A DNA stretch of 64,000 nucleotides from Eubacteriales bacterium. GTDB taxonomy: Bacteria; Bacillota; Clostridia; Oscillospirales; UBA644. The first letter of the stretch is position 1; the number at the start of each line of letters is the position of its first letter. The position numbers were made by a program, and so were the translations under genes. The notes beneath the pieces were generated by a model, which worked only from the letters and a program-made list of their open reading frames with translations, was not told the origin of the DNA and ran no database searches. The stretch covers positions 5,061 through 69,060 of the forward strand of contig JAZPXN010000060.1 in NCBI GenBank assembly GCA_045543655.1, written 5' to 3'. Of this stretch, positions 1 to 8,388 are shown in pieces.

Positions 1-1
1 C

Positions 2-1162
2 GTCCGCAGCACCGACACGGAAGAGATCAAGGTCACGGTCTACGTGAAGCACGGAGACTTTTTGGGAGACTCCACCTTCCCCGTTTACGCCTCTTACACC
101 GACGACGAAATTGAAAAGGCCGTCCGGGACGGGGCGAAGAAGGCCGCCGTCATTGACAACCCCACCTACGGGCTTCCTGCAGAGGGGGCGGCTGAATTCG
201 GAGGAGACTCCAATCTGGCCGATTTCTCCTCTTCGGAGCTGGCGGCGAAGATTGCCGACGCGGTATTCGGAGCAAGCTCCTACAAGGACGGCAGCATCAA
301 CGCGCTGGAGATCTTCCTCTACCGGGACGAGGTCAGCGTGATCAACAGCCGGGGAACCGACAAAACCGAAATCCGGTGGCACGCCATGATCGAAGCGATC
401 CCCACCTGGAACATGGAAGGGGAATCGGTGGAAATCTACGAAGACTACCGCTTCACTGAATTTGACGCAGAAGCCATTGCGAAGGAAATCGACGGAAAAA
501 TGCAAGAGGTCCGGGATCGGTGCTTCGCCAAAAAGCCGGAGAAAGAGATCGACTGCAACGTGGTTATCGGCACGCTGGAGGCTGCGGAGCTGTTGTTCTC
601 CCTTGCCGACGAGCTGAACTACGCCTCGGTCTATAACCATACCAACGCCTTCGAAAAGGGTGCGCCGATTCAGAAGGAGCCCACGGGAGACCGGCTGAAC
701 GTGACCCTGCGAGGCCGGATCAAAGGAGCGGTGCGCTCCGCCTCCTTCGATGCCGACGGCACGGCCATGACCGACCGGAAGATCATGGAAGACGGCATTG
801 CGTCCGATTATTACGGCGGCTCCCGCTTTGCCCAGTATCTGGGGCTGAAGCCCACCGGAAATCTCCCCTGCCTGGAAGCAGAGCCGGGAACGCTGACGGC
901 AGAAGAGTTGGCCTCGGAGCCCTATTTTGAATGCGTTTCCATGTCGGGGCTTCAGTTGGATATTTACAACGATTATATCGGCGGCGAGGTGCGGCTGGCC
1001 TACTACTTCGACGGGGAGAAAAAGATTCCCCTGACCGGAGTCTCCATCAGCGGAAAGCTGAGCGACGCGCTGGCGGGAATGCGCCTTTCCGAATCTCTGG
1101 CCGTCCGGGGCGGTTATCGAGGCCCGGATAAGATTCTTTTTAAGACGGTCAAAATCGTATAA
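2..1162 (+). CDS. TldD/PmbA-family metallopeptidase, C-terminal part (5' end outside window)
   Basis: The frame is open to the window edge (VRSTDTEEIKVTVYVKHGDF...). The C-terminus ...YIGGEVRLAYYFDGEKKIPLTGVSISGKLSDAL... resembles TldD/PmbA C-termini. A terminator follows. Confidence 0.5.
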   Translation, partial: VRSTDTEEIKVTVYVKHGDFLGDSTFPVYASYTDDEIEKAVRDGAKKAAVIDNPTYGLPAEGAAEFGGDSNLADFSSSELAAKIADAVFGASSYKDGSINALEIFLYRDEVSVINSRGTDKTEIRWHAMIEAIPTWNMEGESVEIYEDYRFTEFDAEAIAKEIDGKMQEVRDRCFAKKPEKEIDCNVVIGTLEAAELLFSLADELNYASVYNHTNAFEKGAPIQKEPTGDRLNVTLRGRIKGAVRSASFDADGTAMTDRKIMEDGIASDYYGGSRFAQYLGLKPTGNLPCLEAEPGTLTAEELASEPYFECVSMSGLQLDIYNDYIGGEVRLAYYFDGEKKIPLTGVSISGKLSDALAGMRLSESLAVRGGYRGPDKILFKTVKIV

Positions 1163-1176
1163 AACATTGATAAATG

Positions 1177-1212
1177 CAAAAAAAATTCCACTCGGTGAGT
1201 GGAATTTTTTTG
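1177..1212. terminator. Bidirectional intrinsic terminator between convergent genes
   Basis: Stem attccactc / gagtggaat (1185-1193 / 1197-1205) with a 3-nt loop, flanked by an A-run and a T-run. Confidence 0.7.
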
Positions 1213-1322
1213 CACGCTTTTAAACCGTTTTGGTATACGAAGAGAGCCCGGAAGCAAGCGCTTCTTTTCATACCGTTTTGGTATATTTTCCCTTCTTTCA
1301 AAACCGGAAAAATCCCTTAATA

Positions 1323-2966
1323 TCAAAAGAGATCCACGATTTCAACACCGTATTTTTCCGCCAATTCCTCTGCCCGGGCGAAGGCACAGTCGATGGTGTC
1401 AGCGGAGTGGCAATCGGAACAGATCACAACCTTTGCCCCGTGCTTGCCCCAGTATTCCAGAATCGCCTCCGAGGGGTAGGGCGTGACCCGCTTCCCCCGG
1501 GAAATAGCCCCGGTATTGATCTCAAAGATCTTGCCGGCGTCGATCAGCCTCCGGGAAGCCTTCTGCCACGCGGCAGTGTAGCGGGGAGTGGGAAGAAACA
1601 GCGGCGGCTCTTTTTCGTCGAACTTGGTGATCAGGTCGAAATGACCGATGAATCCCACCTTCGGGTCGTCGGCGTAGGAAGCGACGAGATCGAAATAGTC
1701 CTCCGCAAAGGCGTCGGCGTCCCCGCCGTAATAATCCCGGATCGCCTCCCGCAAAATCTGCTGATTGTGGTCCAGCTCAATATAGCGGTCCCCCTTCTTA
1801 AGCCAGTGAACCGACCCCAGATAATAGTCCAGCCCCTCGGGGACGGGAATGGCGTAGGCATCCTGCTCCAGCCCCACGTAGACGTCGATCCTTCCTTTGT
1901 ATTTTTCCTTCAGCTCCCGCAGAGTGCGGATATATTCCTCCATACGGGAAAGGGGGATGCTCCAGCCGTCGTAAAAGGCCGTATAGGCGTGATCGGAAAT
2001 ACCGATCTTTTCAAACCCCAAAGCGATGGCGGCTTCGATCATCTCTTCCGGCGTATTTTTACCGTCGCTGAAGGTGGTGTGGGTGTGATAATTGGAACGG
2101 ATCATATGCTTTTTCTCCAAATTGATATTTCTTCGGTTATCCGGGCGGTCGAAGCTCCCCTCCTCCGAGGGAGACGCGCCGAATTTTTTCTTGTAAAGAC
2201 GGTAAAAGGAGGAATAACAGCCGAATCCGCATTCCCGGGCGGCCTGTTGAGCGGGGGTACCGCCTAAAATCCGGCGGCGGGCCTTCAGAAGGCGCTTGGT
2301 CAGCCCGTACTGCCCTACGGTGGTACCGGTGGCAGCCTTGAAAATGCGGGAAACCTGAGACACGCTCATAAAGAACTCTTCTGCCACCATGGAGACCGAA
2401 ACCGGATCGCAGAGGTGGGAATTGACGAAATCCACCATCTGCACCCCTACGGAGCGGGCGTCGGTCGCAGAGCGGTTCTCCCTGGGTGTGGCGGTAAGGA
2501 GCAGCGTCAGAAGGGCCGGCACCAGCGTCTGCATCCGCAGAGACTGTTCCTGCTCGTCTCCGGAAGGGATGCACATGGTAGCCAGAAGATCCCGGGGGGT
2601 CACGCCGGGGAAATCCGACGGGCGGTAGACGTTCATCTCCCCCAGAGGGCGGTCTCGGAAGGGGCGGAGCAACGTCTCCCGGAATTCTTCCGGGATGGCG
2701 GTGGGATAAAAATTCATGACGTACCGCTCGTAGGCGGCCCCAGGCTCCACGATGGAGGTGTGAAGCTCCCCGGGGCGCATGAGAAGCACGGTGCCGTATT
2801 CCAGAGGAACCTCCCGGCCCTCGATCATATATTTTGCATTGCCGGAAATAAAGCAATACAGCTCGTAGCTGTCATGAAGATGGATATTGATGGGAAAATG
2901 GTCCGGATCTTTTTCTATGGAATAGGAAAGGCCGACGCGACCGTCGTGATAGCCGTAGATTTTCAT
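1323..2966 (-). CDS. AraC-family regulator (cupin + HTH) fused in frame to a PHP/HisJ-type histidinol-phosphatase-like domain
   Basis: Residues 1-~275 carry a cupin and an AraC HTH (SVSQVSRIFKAATGTTVGQYGLTKRLLKARRRIL...ECGFGCYSSFYRLYKKKFG). With no stop codon the frame continues into MIRSNYHTHTTFSDG...ISDHAY...GHFDL...CSDCH (PHP motifs). An internal ATG at 2105 is preceded by GGAG. Confidence 0.7.
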   Translation of the reverse strand: MKIYGYHDGRVGLSYSIEKDPDHFPINIHLHDSYELYCFISGNAKYMIEGREVPLEYGTVLLMRPGELHTSIVEPGAAYERYVMNFYPTAIPEEFRETLLRPFRDRPLGEMNVYRPSDFPGVTPRDLLATMCIPSGDEQEQSLRMQTLVPALLTLLLTATPRENRSATDARSVGVQMVDFVNSHLCDPVSVSMVAEEFFMSVSQVSRIFKAATGTTVGQYGLTKRLLKARRRILGGTPAQQAARECGFGCYSSFYRLYKKKFGASPSEEGSFDRPDNRRNINLEKKHMIRSNYHTHTTFSDGKNTPEEMIEAAIALGFEKIGISDHAYTAFYDGWSIPLSRMEEYIRTLRELKEKYKGRIDVYVGLEQDAYAIPVPEGLDYYLGSVHWLKKGDRYIELDHNQQILREAIRDYYGGDADAFAEDYFDLVASYADDPKVGFIGHFDLITKFDEKEPPLFLPTPRYTAAWQKASRRLIDAGKIFEINTGAISRGKRVTPYPSEAILEYWGKHGAKVVICSDCHSADTIDCAFARAEELAEKYGVEIVDLF

Positions 2967-2996
2967 AAAGACCTCTTGAAACGGTGTATTTCCTCT

Positions 2997-3025
2997 ATTA
3001 TAACATAAGTTGACGAAAAAAGCAA
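2997..3025 (-). promoter_or_regulatory. Candidate promoter of the AraC-PHP gene
   Basis: On the minus strand: TTGCTT, 17 nt, TATAAT with an extended TGt. The -35 box is weak. Confidence 0.4.
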
Positions 3026-3047
3026 TGTTTTTTGCAAAAAAAGTTTA

Positions 3048-3076
3048 TTGCATTGTCCTTGTTTGCATGATATAAT
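3048..3076 (+). promoter_or_regulatory. Sigma-A-type promoter of the sugar isomerase/oxidoreductase operon
   Basis: TTGCAT (3048-3053), 17 nt, TATAAT (3071-3076). It is divergent from the AraC gene. Confidence 0.6.
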
Positions 3077-3104
3077 AGAAGAAAACCACAGAAACGGTGA
3101 TTAT

Positions 3105-3962
3105 ATGAGTGAAATCAAGCTGACCCTCGCGGCCTTTTCCGACGAAGCTTCGGACCGCCTTGCGGGGCAAATTACGGCCCTGAAGCGCAACGGACTCTCC
3201 CACATGGAAATCCGGGGCGTGGAGAGGATCAATTGCGCAGACCTGAAGGCGGAACAGGCAAAAGAGATCCGCAAAGCCATGGACGACGCGGGAATGAAGA
3301 TCAAGACCGTCGGCTCTCCCATCGGGAAGATCAATATTACCGACGATTTCGACGGGGAGATGGAAAAATTTCTCCGGCTGACCGAAACGGCAGAAATTCT
3401 GGGAGCGGAAAAGATCCGCATCTTCAGCTTCTACCGCAACGAGGTTCTGGAGGAGCAGGCGGGGCGGCAGATCGCCCTGGCACGGCTTCGGAAGCTTGCC
3501 GACCGGGCGGGAGACTTGATCCTCTGCCACGAAAACGAAAAGGGAATTTACGGCGACGGCTGGGAATTCTGCCGGACGATCTGCCGGGAAATTCCGAAAA
3601 TCAAGGCGGTTTTTGACCCTGCCAATTTCGTACAGTGCGGGGTAGACACCCTTCGGGCCTGGCAGGAGTTGAAGGAATACACGGAATATCTACACCTGAA
3701 GGACGCCCTTGCCACCGGCGTGGTGGTCCCCTGCGGAGACGGCATCGGAAACGTCCCCTATATTTTGGGAGACTATCTCGACCGGGGCGGCCGCTTTGCT
3801 ACGCTGGAGCCCCATCTTGCGAACTTCACGATGAAAAAACAACTGGAAAAAGAGGCCGACGAGACCTGCAATTATTCCTTTGCCGATCCCGACGAGGCCT
3901 TTGACGCGGCGGTTGCGGCCGTCCGTAAAATACTTGACGGAAAAGGAGTCGTTGCACAATGA
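3105..3962 (+). CDS. Sugar phosphate isomerase/epimerase (xylose-isomerase-like TIM barrel)
   Basis: MSEIKLTLAAFSDEAS...GLSHMEIRGV...IRIFSF...CHENEKGIYGD is typical of the AP-endonuclease-2/xylose-isomerase-like fold. I chose the start at the ATG downstream of the promoter. The stop overlaps the next start (ATGA). Confidence 0.7.
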   Translation: MSEIKLTLAAFSDEASDRLAGQITALKRNGLSHMEIRGVERINCADLKAEQAKEIRKAMDDAGMKIKTVGSPIGKINITDDFDGEMEKFLRLTETAEILGAEKIRIFSFYRNEVLEEQAGRQIALARLRKLADRAGDLILCHENEKGIYGDGWEFCRTICREIPKIKAVFDPANFVQCGVDTLRAWQELKEYTEYLHLKDALATGVVVPCGDGIGNVPYILGDYLDRGGRFATLEPHLANFTMKKQLEKEADETCNYSFADPDEAFDAAVAAVRKILDGKGVVAQ

Positions 3963-4720
3963 TAATCGGCGCACAGTTTTACACCCTGAGAGAGCATTGC
4001 AAAACCTTGGAGGATTTTTCGGAATCGCTGAAAAAGGTGGCAGAGATCGGCTACAAGGCCGTCCAGATCTCCGGAGTCTGCCCCTTCGAAGGAGATTGGC
4101 TGGCAGAAGAATTGAAAAAGAACGGCCTTACGGCCCCCCTCACCCATACGGCCTATAAAGAGATCACCGAAGCCACCGAAACCACCCTGCAAAAGCACAG
4201 GGCCTTCGATTGCCGGCGTGTCGGTCTTGGGGGTGTCCCCGGGAGCATCAGCGACGAGACCTACGATAATTTCATCCAAGAGATCACCCCGGCGGTAAAA
4301 TATTTTGCTCAGAACGGCGCTAAATTCTATTATCACAATCATTGGATGGAATTCGTCCGGTCTGCTGAGGACGGAAAATATTTTATTGAAAAGCTCTGCG
4401 ATCAATTCACCCCCGACGAACTGGGCTTCGTGCTGGACACCTATTGGGTTCAGTACGCCGGCGCCGATCCCATCCAATGGCTCGGAAAGCTGAAGGGACG
4501 GCTGGATTGCGTCCATTTCAAGGATATGGCCTGCCGGAACAAGGAGCATAAGATGCTCCCCGTGGGCGAAGGAAATCTGAACTGGGACGGCATCATCGCC
4601 GCCTGCGAGACCGCCGGAACGGAATACGCCTTCGTGGAGCAGGACAACTGCAACGGCGAGGATCCCTTTGACTGCATGAAGAGAAGCTACGAATTTCTGA
4701 AAGCCCAAGGCTTGGAATAA
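3959..4720 (+). CDS. Sugar phosphate isomerase/epimerase (TIM barrel), second copy
   Basis: MIIGAQFYTLREHCKTLEDF...GYKAVQISG...YHNHWMEF...VHFKD...FVEQD matches the family pattern. It is translationally coupled to the upstream gene. Confidence 0.7.
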   Translation: MIIGAQFYTLREHCKTLEDFSESLKKVAEIGYKAVQISGVCPFEGDWLAEELKKNGLTAPLTHTAYKEITEATETTLQKHRAFDCRRVGLGGVPGSISDETYDNFIQEITPAVKYFAQNGAKFYYHNHWMEFVRSAEDGKYFIEKLCDQFTPDELGFVLDTYWVQYAGADPIQWLGKLKGRLDCVHFKDMACRNKEHKMLPVGEGNLNWDGIIAACETAGTEYAFVEQDNCNGEDPFDCMKRSYEFLKAQGLE

Positions 4721-4733
4721 GGAGGAATTAACT

Positions 4734-5900
4734 ATGGAACAAAAAAAGATCCGACTTGGAGTCATCGGCATCGGCAACATGGGCACCGGCCATATTAAAA
4801 ACATCGTTGCGGGCAAGTGCCCGGAAATCGTGGTGGGCGCCGCCGCAGATCTGAAGCCCGAACGGGAAAAGTGGCTCAAGGAAAACGTCCCTTATCCCAT
4901 CCCCTTCTTCACCGACGCAGAAGCAATGATGGACAGCGGGCTTGTAGACGCGGTCATCGTGGCAACGCCTCATTACGAGCATCCCGTGCTGGCCATCAAG
5001 GCCATGAAAAAGGGAATTCCCGTCATTATCGAAAAGCCCGCCGGAGTCTATACCCGCCACGTCAGGGAAATGATGGCGGTAGCCGACGAGACGAAGGTGC
5101 CTCTGGCCATTATGATGAACCAGCGGACCAACTGCATTTACCGCAAGATGCGCGAAATCGTGCAATCCGGCGAAATGGGCGCCATCAAGCGCACCAGCTG
5201 GATCATTACCAACTGGTACCGCACCCAGGCCTATTACGATTCCGGCGATTGGCGGGCCACCTGGTCCGGAGAGGGAGGCGGCGTATTGATGAACCAATGC
5301 CCCCATCAGCTGGATCTGTGGCAATGGATCTGCGGAATGCCCGTATCGGTTCAGTCCAATATGTATTTCGGAAAATGGCACGATATCGAGGTGGAAGACG
5401 ACGTGACGATCTTCGTGGAATACGCCAACGGCGCCACGGGAACGTTCATTACCACCACCGGAGATTGCCCCGGCACCAATCGCTTTGAGATCACCCTGGA
5501 AAAGGGCAAGCTGATCGCAGAGGACGGCAAGCTGCTCCAATGGATTTCGGAGGAATCCACCGCAGATTGGACGAAGAACTGCCCCGACGGCTTCAAAAAA
5601 TTCCCTCTGGAATTCCGGGAAGTGGAGACCGACGGCAAAAACGAACAGCACCCCGGCGTTCTCAACGCCTTTGCGGCCCATATTCTGCGGGGCGAGCCCC
5701 TGGTGGCCGACGGACGGGAAGGGATTAACGGCCTTTCCATCTCCAACGCCAGCCATCTTTCCGCTTGGACGGGCAAAAAGATTGCCCTGCCTCTGAACGA
5801 CGACGAATATTTTGAAGAACTGATGAAGCGGGTGGCGACCTCCCGCCGGAAGGAATCCGCCTCCGGAGCCGCTCCCTCCAATCTGGACGGAACCTATTGA
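4734..5900 (+). CDS. Gfo/Idh/MocA family oxidoreductase
   Basis: N-terminal Rossmann motif IRLGVIGIGNMGTGH, then EKP...GVLMNQCPHQLD. An AGGAGG RBS lies upstream. Confidence 0.85.
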   Translation: MEQKKIRLGVIGIGNMGTGHIKNIVAGKCPEIVVGAAADLKPEREKWLKENVPYPIPFFTDAEAMMDSGLVDAVIVATPHYEHPVLAIKAMKKGIPVIIEKPAGVYTRHVREMMAVADETKVPLAIMMNQRTNCIYRKMREIVQSGEMGAIKRTSWIITNWYRTQAYYDSGDWRATWSGEGGGVLMNQCPHQLDLWQWICGMPVSVQSNMYFGKWHDIEVEDDVTIFVEYANGATGTFITTTGDCPGTNRFEITLEKGKLIAEDGKLLQWISEESTADWTKNCPDGFKKFPLEFREVETDGKNEQHPGVLNAFAAHILRGEPLVADGREGINGLSISNASHLSAWTGKKIALPLNDDEYFEELMKRVATSRRKESASGAAPSNLDGTY

Positions 5901-5925
5901 TTACATCAAAAAAGGATGCGTAGCT

Positions 5926-7041
5926 ATGGAAAAAATCCGAATTGGTATTATCGGAATCGGAAACATCGGCTCGGCCCACGCGAAGACTCTCTTTGAGGGG
6001 AAGGTGGAAGGGGCGGTGCTGACTGCCGTCTGCGACATTGCCCCGGAAAAGCAGGCCTGGGCAAAGGAAAATCTGCCGGGAGTTCCCGTATACGAAGACA
6101 GCGACGGATTTTTCGCCTCGGCCGACGTGGAAGCCGTCATTCTGTCGGTCCCCCATTATTTCCATCCGCCCTACGCCGTGAAGGCCTTTGAGAAGGGGCT
6201 TCACGTGCTGACCGAAAAGCCGGCGGGGGTGCAGGTATCGGAGGTCAAGAAGATGATCGCCGCCGCCGAGAAATCGGGCAAGGGCTTCGCCGTCATGTTC
6301 AACCAGCGCACCGACCCCATGTATCAATTCATCCGAAAGACGCTGCAGGACGGCCGATTGGGCAATCCCCTGCGGCTGATGTGGGAGGTGACCAACTGGT
6401 ACCGCTCCCAGGAATATTACGATTCCGGGGATTGGCGGGCCACGTGGGTAGGGGAAGGAGGCGGGGTTCTGATGAACCAGGCGCCCCATCAGCTGGATCT
6501 TCTGCAATGGATTTTCGGCCTTCCCCAAACCGTCCGGGCGGAATGCCACGTGGGGAAATACCACGATATCGAGGTGGAGGACGACGCAACCCTTTACTGC
6601 ACCTACGAAAACGGCGCTACGGCGGTCTTCCACACCTCTACGGGGGAAGAACACGGCGTGAACCGGCTGGAGATCGTGGGCACGAAGGGACGGCTTACCG
6701 CCGACAGCCGGACCGTCACGATCTACGATAAAAAGACGACCGTCCTGCAGGAATCCTTCGAAGACCGGGGCGGCCAGCACGTGGAGGTGCTGAACCGCTG
6801 GGTCGATCATATCCGCACCGGGACGCCTTTGGTGGCAGGCGGCGCCGAGGGGATCCGGGAAGCGGAGCTGTGCAACGCCGCTTATCTCTCGGCCTGGACG
6901 GGTCAGCCCGCCGCTATCCCCACCGATACCGACGCATTCGACCGCCTTCTGGACGAGCGAAAATCCCGGTCAAAGGGCAAGGGAAAAGGCCGGAGCACCT
7001 TGGGCGACGGTCAATACAAGGATCGCTGGAAAAACAGTTGA
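5926..7041 (+). CDS. Gfo/Idh/MocA family oxidoreductase (paralog of the upstream gene)
   Basis: IRIGIIGIGNIGSAH. It shares the long block WYRSQEYYDSGDWRATWVGEGGGVLMNQAPHQLD with the preceding gene. Confidence 0.85.
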   Translation: MEKIRIGIIGIGNIGSAHAKTLFEGKVEGAVLTAVCDIAPEKQAWAKENLPGVPVYEDSDGFFASADVEAVILSVPHYFHPPYAVKAFEKGLHVLTEKPAGVQVSEVKKMIAAAEKSGKGFAVMFNQRTDPMYQFIRKTLQDGRLGNPLRLMWEVTNWYRSQEYYDSGDWRATWVGEGGGVLMNQAPHQLDLLQWIFGLPQTVRAECHVGKYHDIEVEDDATLYCTYENGATAVFHTSTGEEHGVNRLEIVGTKGRLTADSRTVTIYDKKTTVLQESFEDRGGQHVEVLNRWVDHIRTGTPLVAGGAEGIREAELCNAAYLSAWTGQPAAIPTDTDAFDRLLDERKSRSKGKGKGRSTLGDGQYKDRWKNS

Positions 7042-7097
7042 AATCCATTGTCCATCCTAAACAAATTCCCACATACAAGTTTGTCTATTTTGACATG

Positions 7098-7127
7098 TTG
7101 ACATCTCCCCTCATTACATGATATAAT
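7098..7127 (+). promoter_or_regulatory. Sigma-A-type promoter upstream of the leader and lipoprotein gene
   Basis: TTGACA (7098-7103), 18 nt, TATAAT (7122-7127). A second TTGACA lies at 7090-7095. Confidence 0.6.
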
Positions 7128-7161
7128 AATGTTAGATCATAGTAGATTGGGAGTGAATTAC

Positions 7162-7239
7162 ATGAAAACCATCGCATACAAGGTTCCGCTTTTGCGCAGT
7201 TCGGGTTTTATGTTTTTCATTTCCCATAGGAGAAGTTAA
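7162..7239 (+). CDS. Possible 25-aa leader peptide (MKTIAYKVPLLRSSGFMFFISHRRS)
   Basis: ATG preceded by GGGAG, inside the leader between the promoter and the terminator hairpin. I have no homology evidence. Confidence 0.2.
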   Translation: MKTIAYKVPLLRSSGFMFFISHRRS

Positions 7240-7254
7240 AACGAATTCAAAACT

Positions 7255-7294
7255 GCGCATAGATCGAAGAGAAATTCCGGTCTATGCGCTTTTT
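7255..7294 (+). terminator. Intrinsic terminator/attenuator immediately upstream of the lipoprotein RBS
   Basis: 12-bp stem gcgcatagatcg / cggtctatgcgc (one G-U pair) followed by TTTTT. The 5' arm overlaps an alternative 9-bp pairing, 7193-7201 with 7251-7259. Confidence 0.6.
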
Positions 7295-7306
7295 AAGGAG
7301 TATACC

Positions 7307-8299
7307 ATGATAAAAAAACTGATTCCTTTTTTGATTGCATTGACGATACTCCTGTCGGGATGCACTCCCCAGGGGAGCGGGCCGGCATCGGATTCGGCGG
7401 GAGCAGGGTCGGAAGGGACGGATTCCGGTTTTTCTGAAGATACGGCCCCGCCCATTCTCACTTCCTATCCGGGAACACTGGAGCAATTGATCGCCGGTGC
7501 CACCGACGTGGTGGTGGGGGAATACGTTGGATCCCGCACGGTATACGGTACGTACAACCGGGGAACCTTCCTTGATTTTACGGTCAAGGAGCGGTTTCGG
7601 GGAGCCCCCTCCATCACCTCCGTAGCTCTTTCCCCGAACGAGCACATCTACCGGATTGAAGGCACCGATACGCTTTATAGTGAGATGTCTTTGACCTATG
7701 AGCAAGGAAAAACCTATCTGCTGATTCTGAAACGGGAGGTGGGGACCTTCCTGGCCAACCGCTATCTCTTGCAGGGATGCGTCTACCTGCCCACCGACGA
7801 CTTTTCTCAGTTCTCCATCTATAACGAAAAGCCGGATCAACATATGACCGCCTCGCCCGAAACCGTGGAGGACGTTTACGGGATCGTCCGCAATAACGTG
7901 TCGGAAGACGCTCCGCTCTACTACTCCAGAGACCGGGAGGGCCAGACCTTTCTGACGGGAGACGAATTGTTCCGCGCTGCCGCAAAAGCAAGGAATACAG
8001 CCCTACACAGAATCCGCACCCTATCGCTGGACGTAGAGAGCGAGGACGGCTATCAGGCGTGGACCTGTACCACGAATCACACCGTCAAGGAAATCACCGT
8101 ACACTTCCCCTCCGAAGCGCAGATCACCCAAGGAGAGGAATACTCAGTCCTTTTGACTCACATAATGATTCACAACGCCTGTGAAGGAAAAACGGAAGCT
8201 GACTTTTATCAACAGTATTCCAAAACCTCTCTTTGGCCCATAGAGCAGTATTATCAACTTAAAGACCAATTGCAAAACGCCGAGAGCGAAGTGGAGTAA
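7307..8299 (+). CDS. Hypothetical lipoprotein
   Basis: Signal peptide with a lipobox (MIKKLIPFLIALTILLSGC). AAGGAG RBS. I do not recognise a family. Confidence 0.6.
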   Translation: MIKKLIPFLIALTILLSGCTPQGSGPASDSAGAGSEGTDSGFSEDTAPPILTSYPGTLEQLIAGATDVVVGEYVGSRTVYGTYNRGTFLDFTVKERFRGAPSITSVALSPNEHIYRIEGTDTLYSEMSLTYEQGKTYLLILKREVGTFLANRYLLQGCVYLPTDDFSQFSIYNEKPDQHMTASPETVEDVYGIVRNNVSEDAPLYYSRDREGQTFLTGDELFRAAAKARNTALHRIRTLSLDVESEDGYQAWTCTTNHTVKEITVHFPSEAQITQGEEYSVLLTHIMIHNACEGKTEADFYQQYSKTSLWPIEQYYQLKDQLQNAESEVE

Positions 8300-8325
8300 A
8301 CCCCCTCGTAAGCGGCGATTGATAC

Positions 8326-8372
8326 AAAAATCATCTCCCGAAGACGAAACTCTTCGGGAGATGATTTTTTTG
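8326..8372. terminator. Bidirectional intrinsic terminator
   Basis: 15-bp stem atcatctcccgaaga / tcttcgggagatgat flanked by an A-run and a T-run, between convergent genes. Confidence 0.8.
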
Positions 8373-8388
8373 TAGTTTTTGATGGGGA

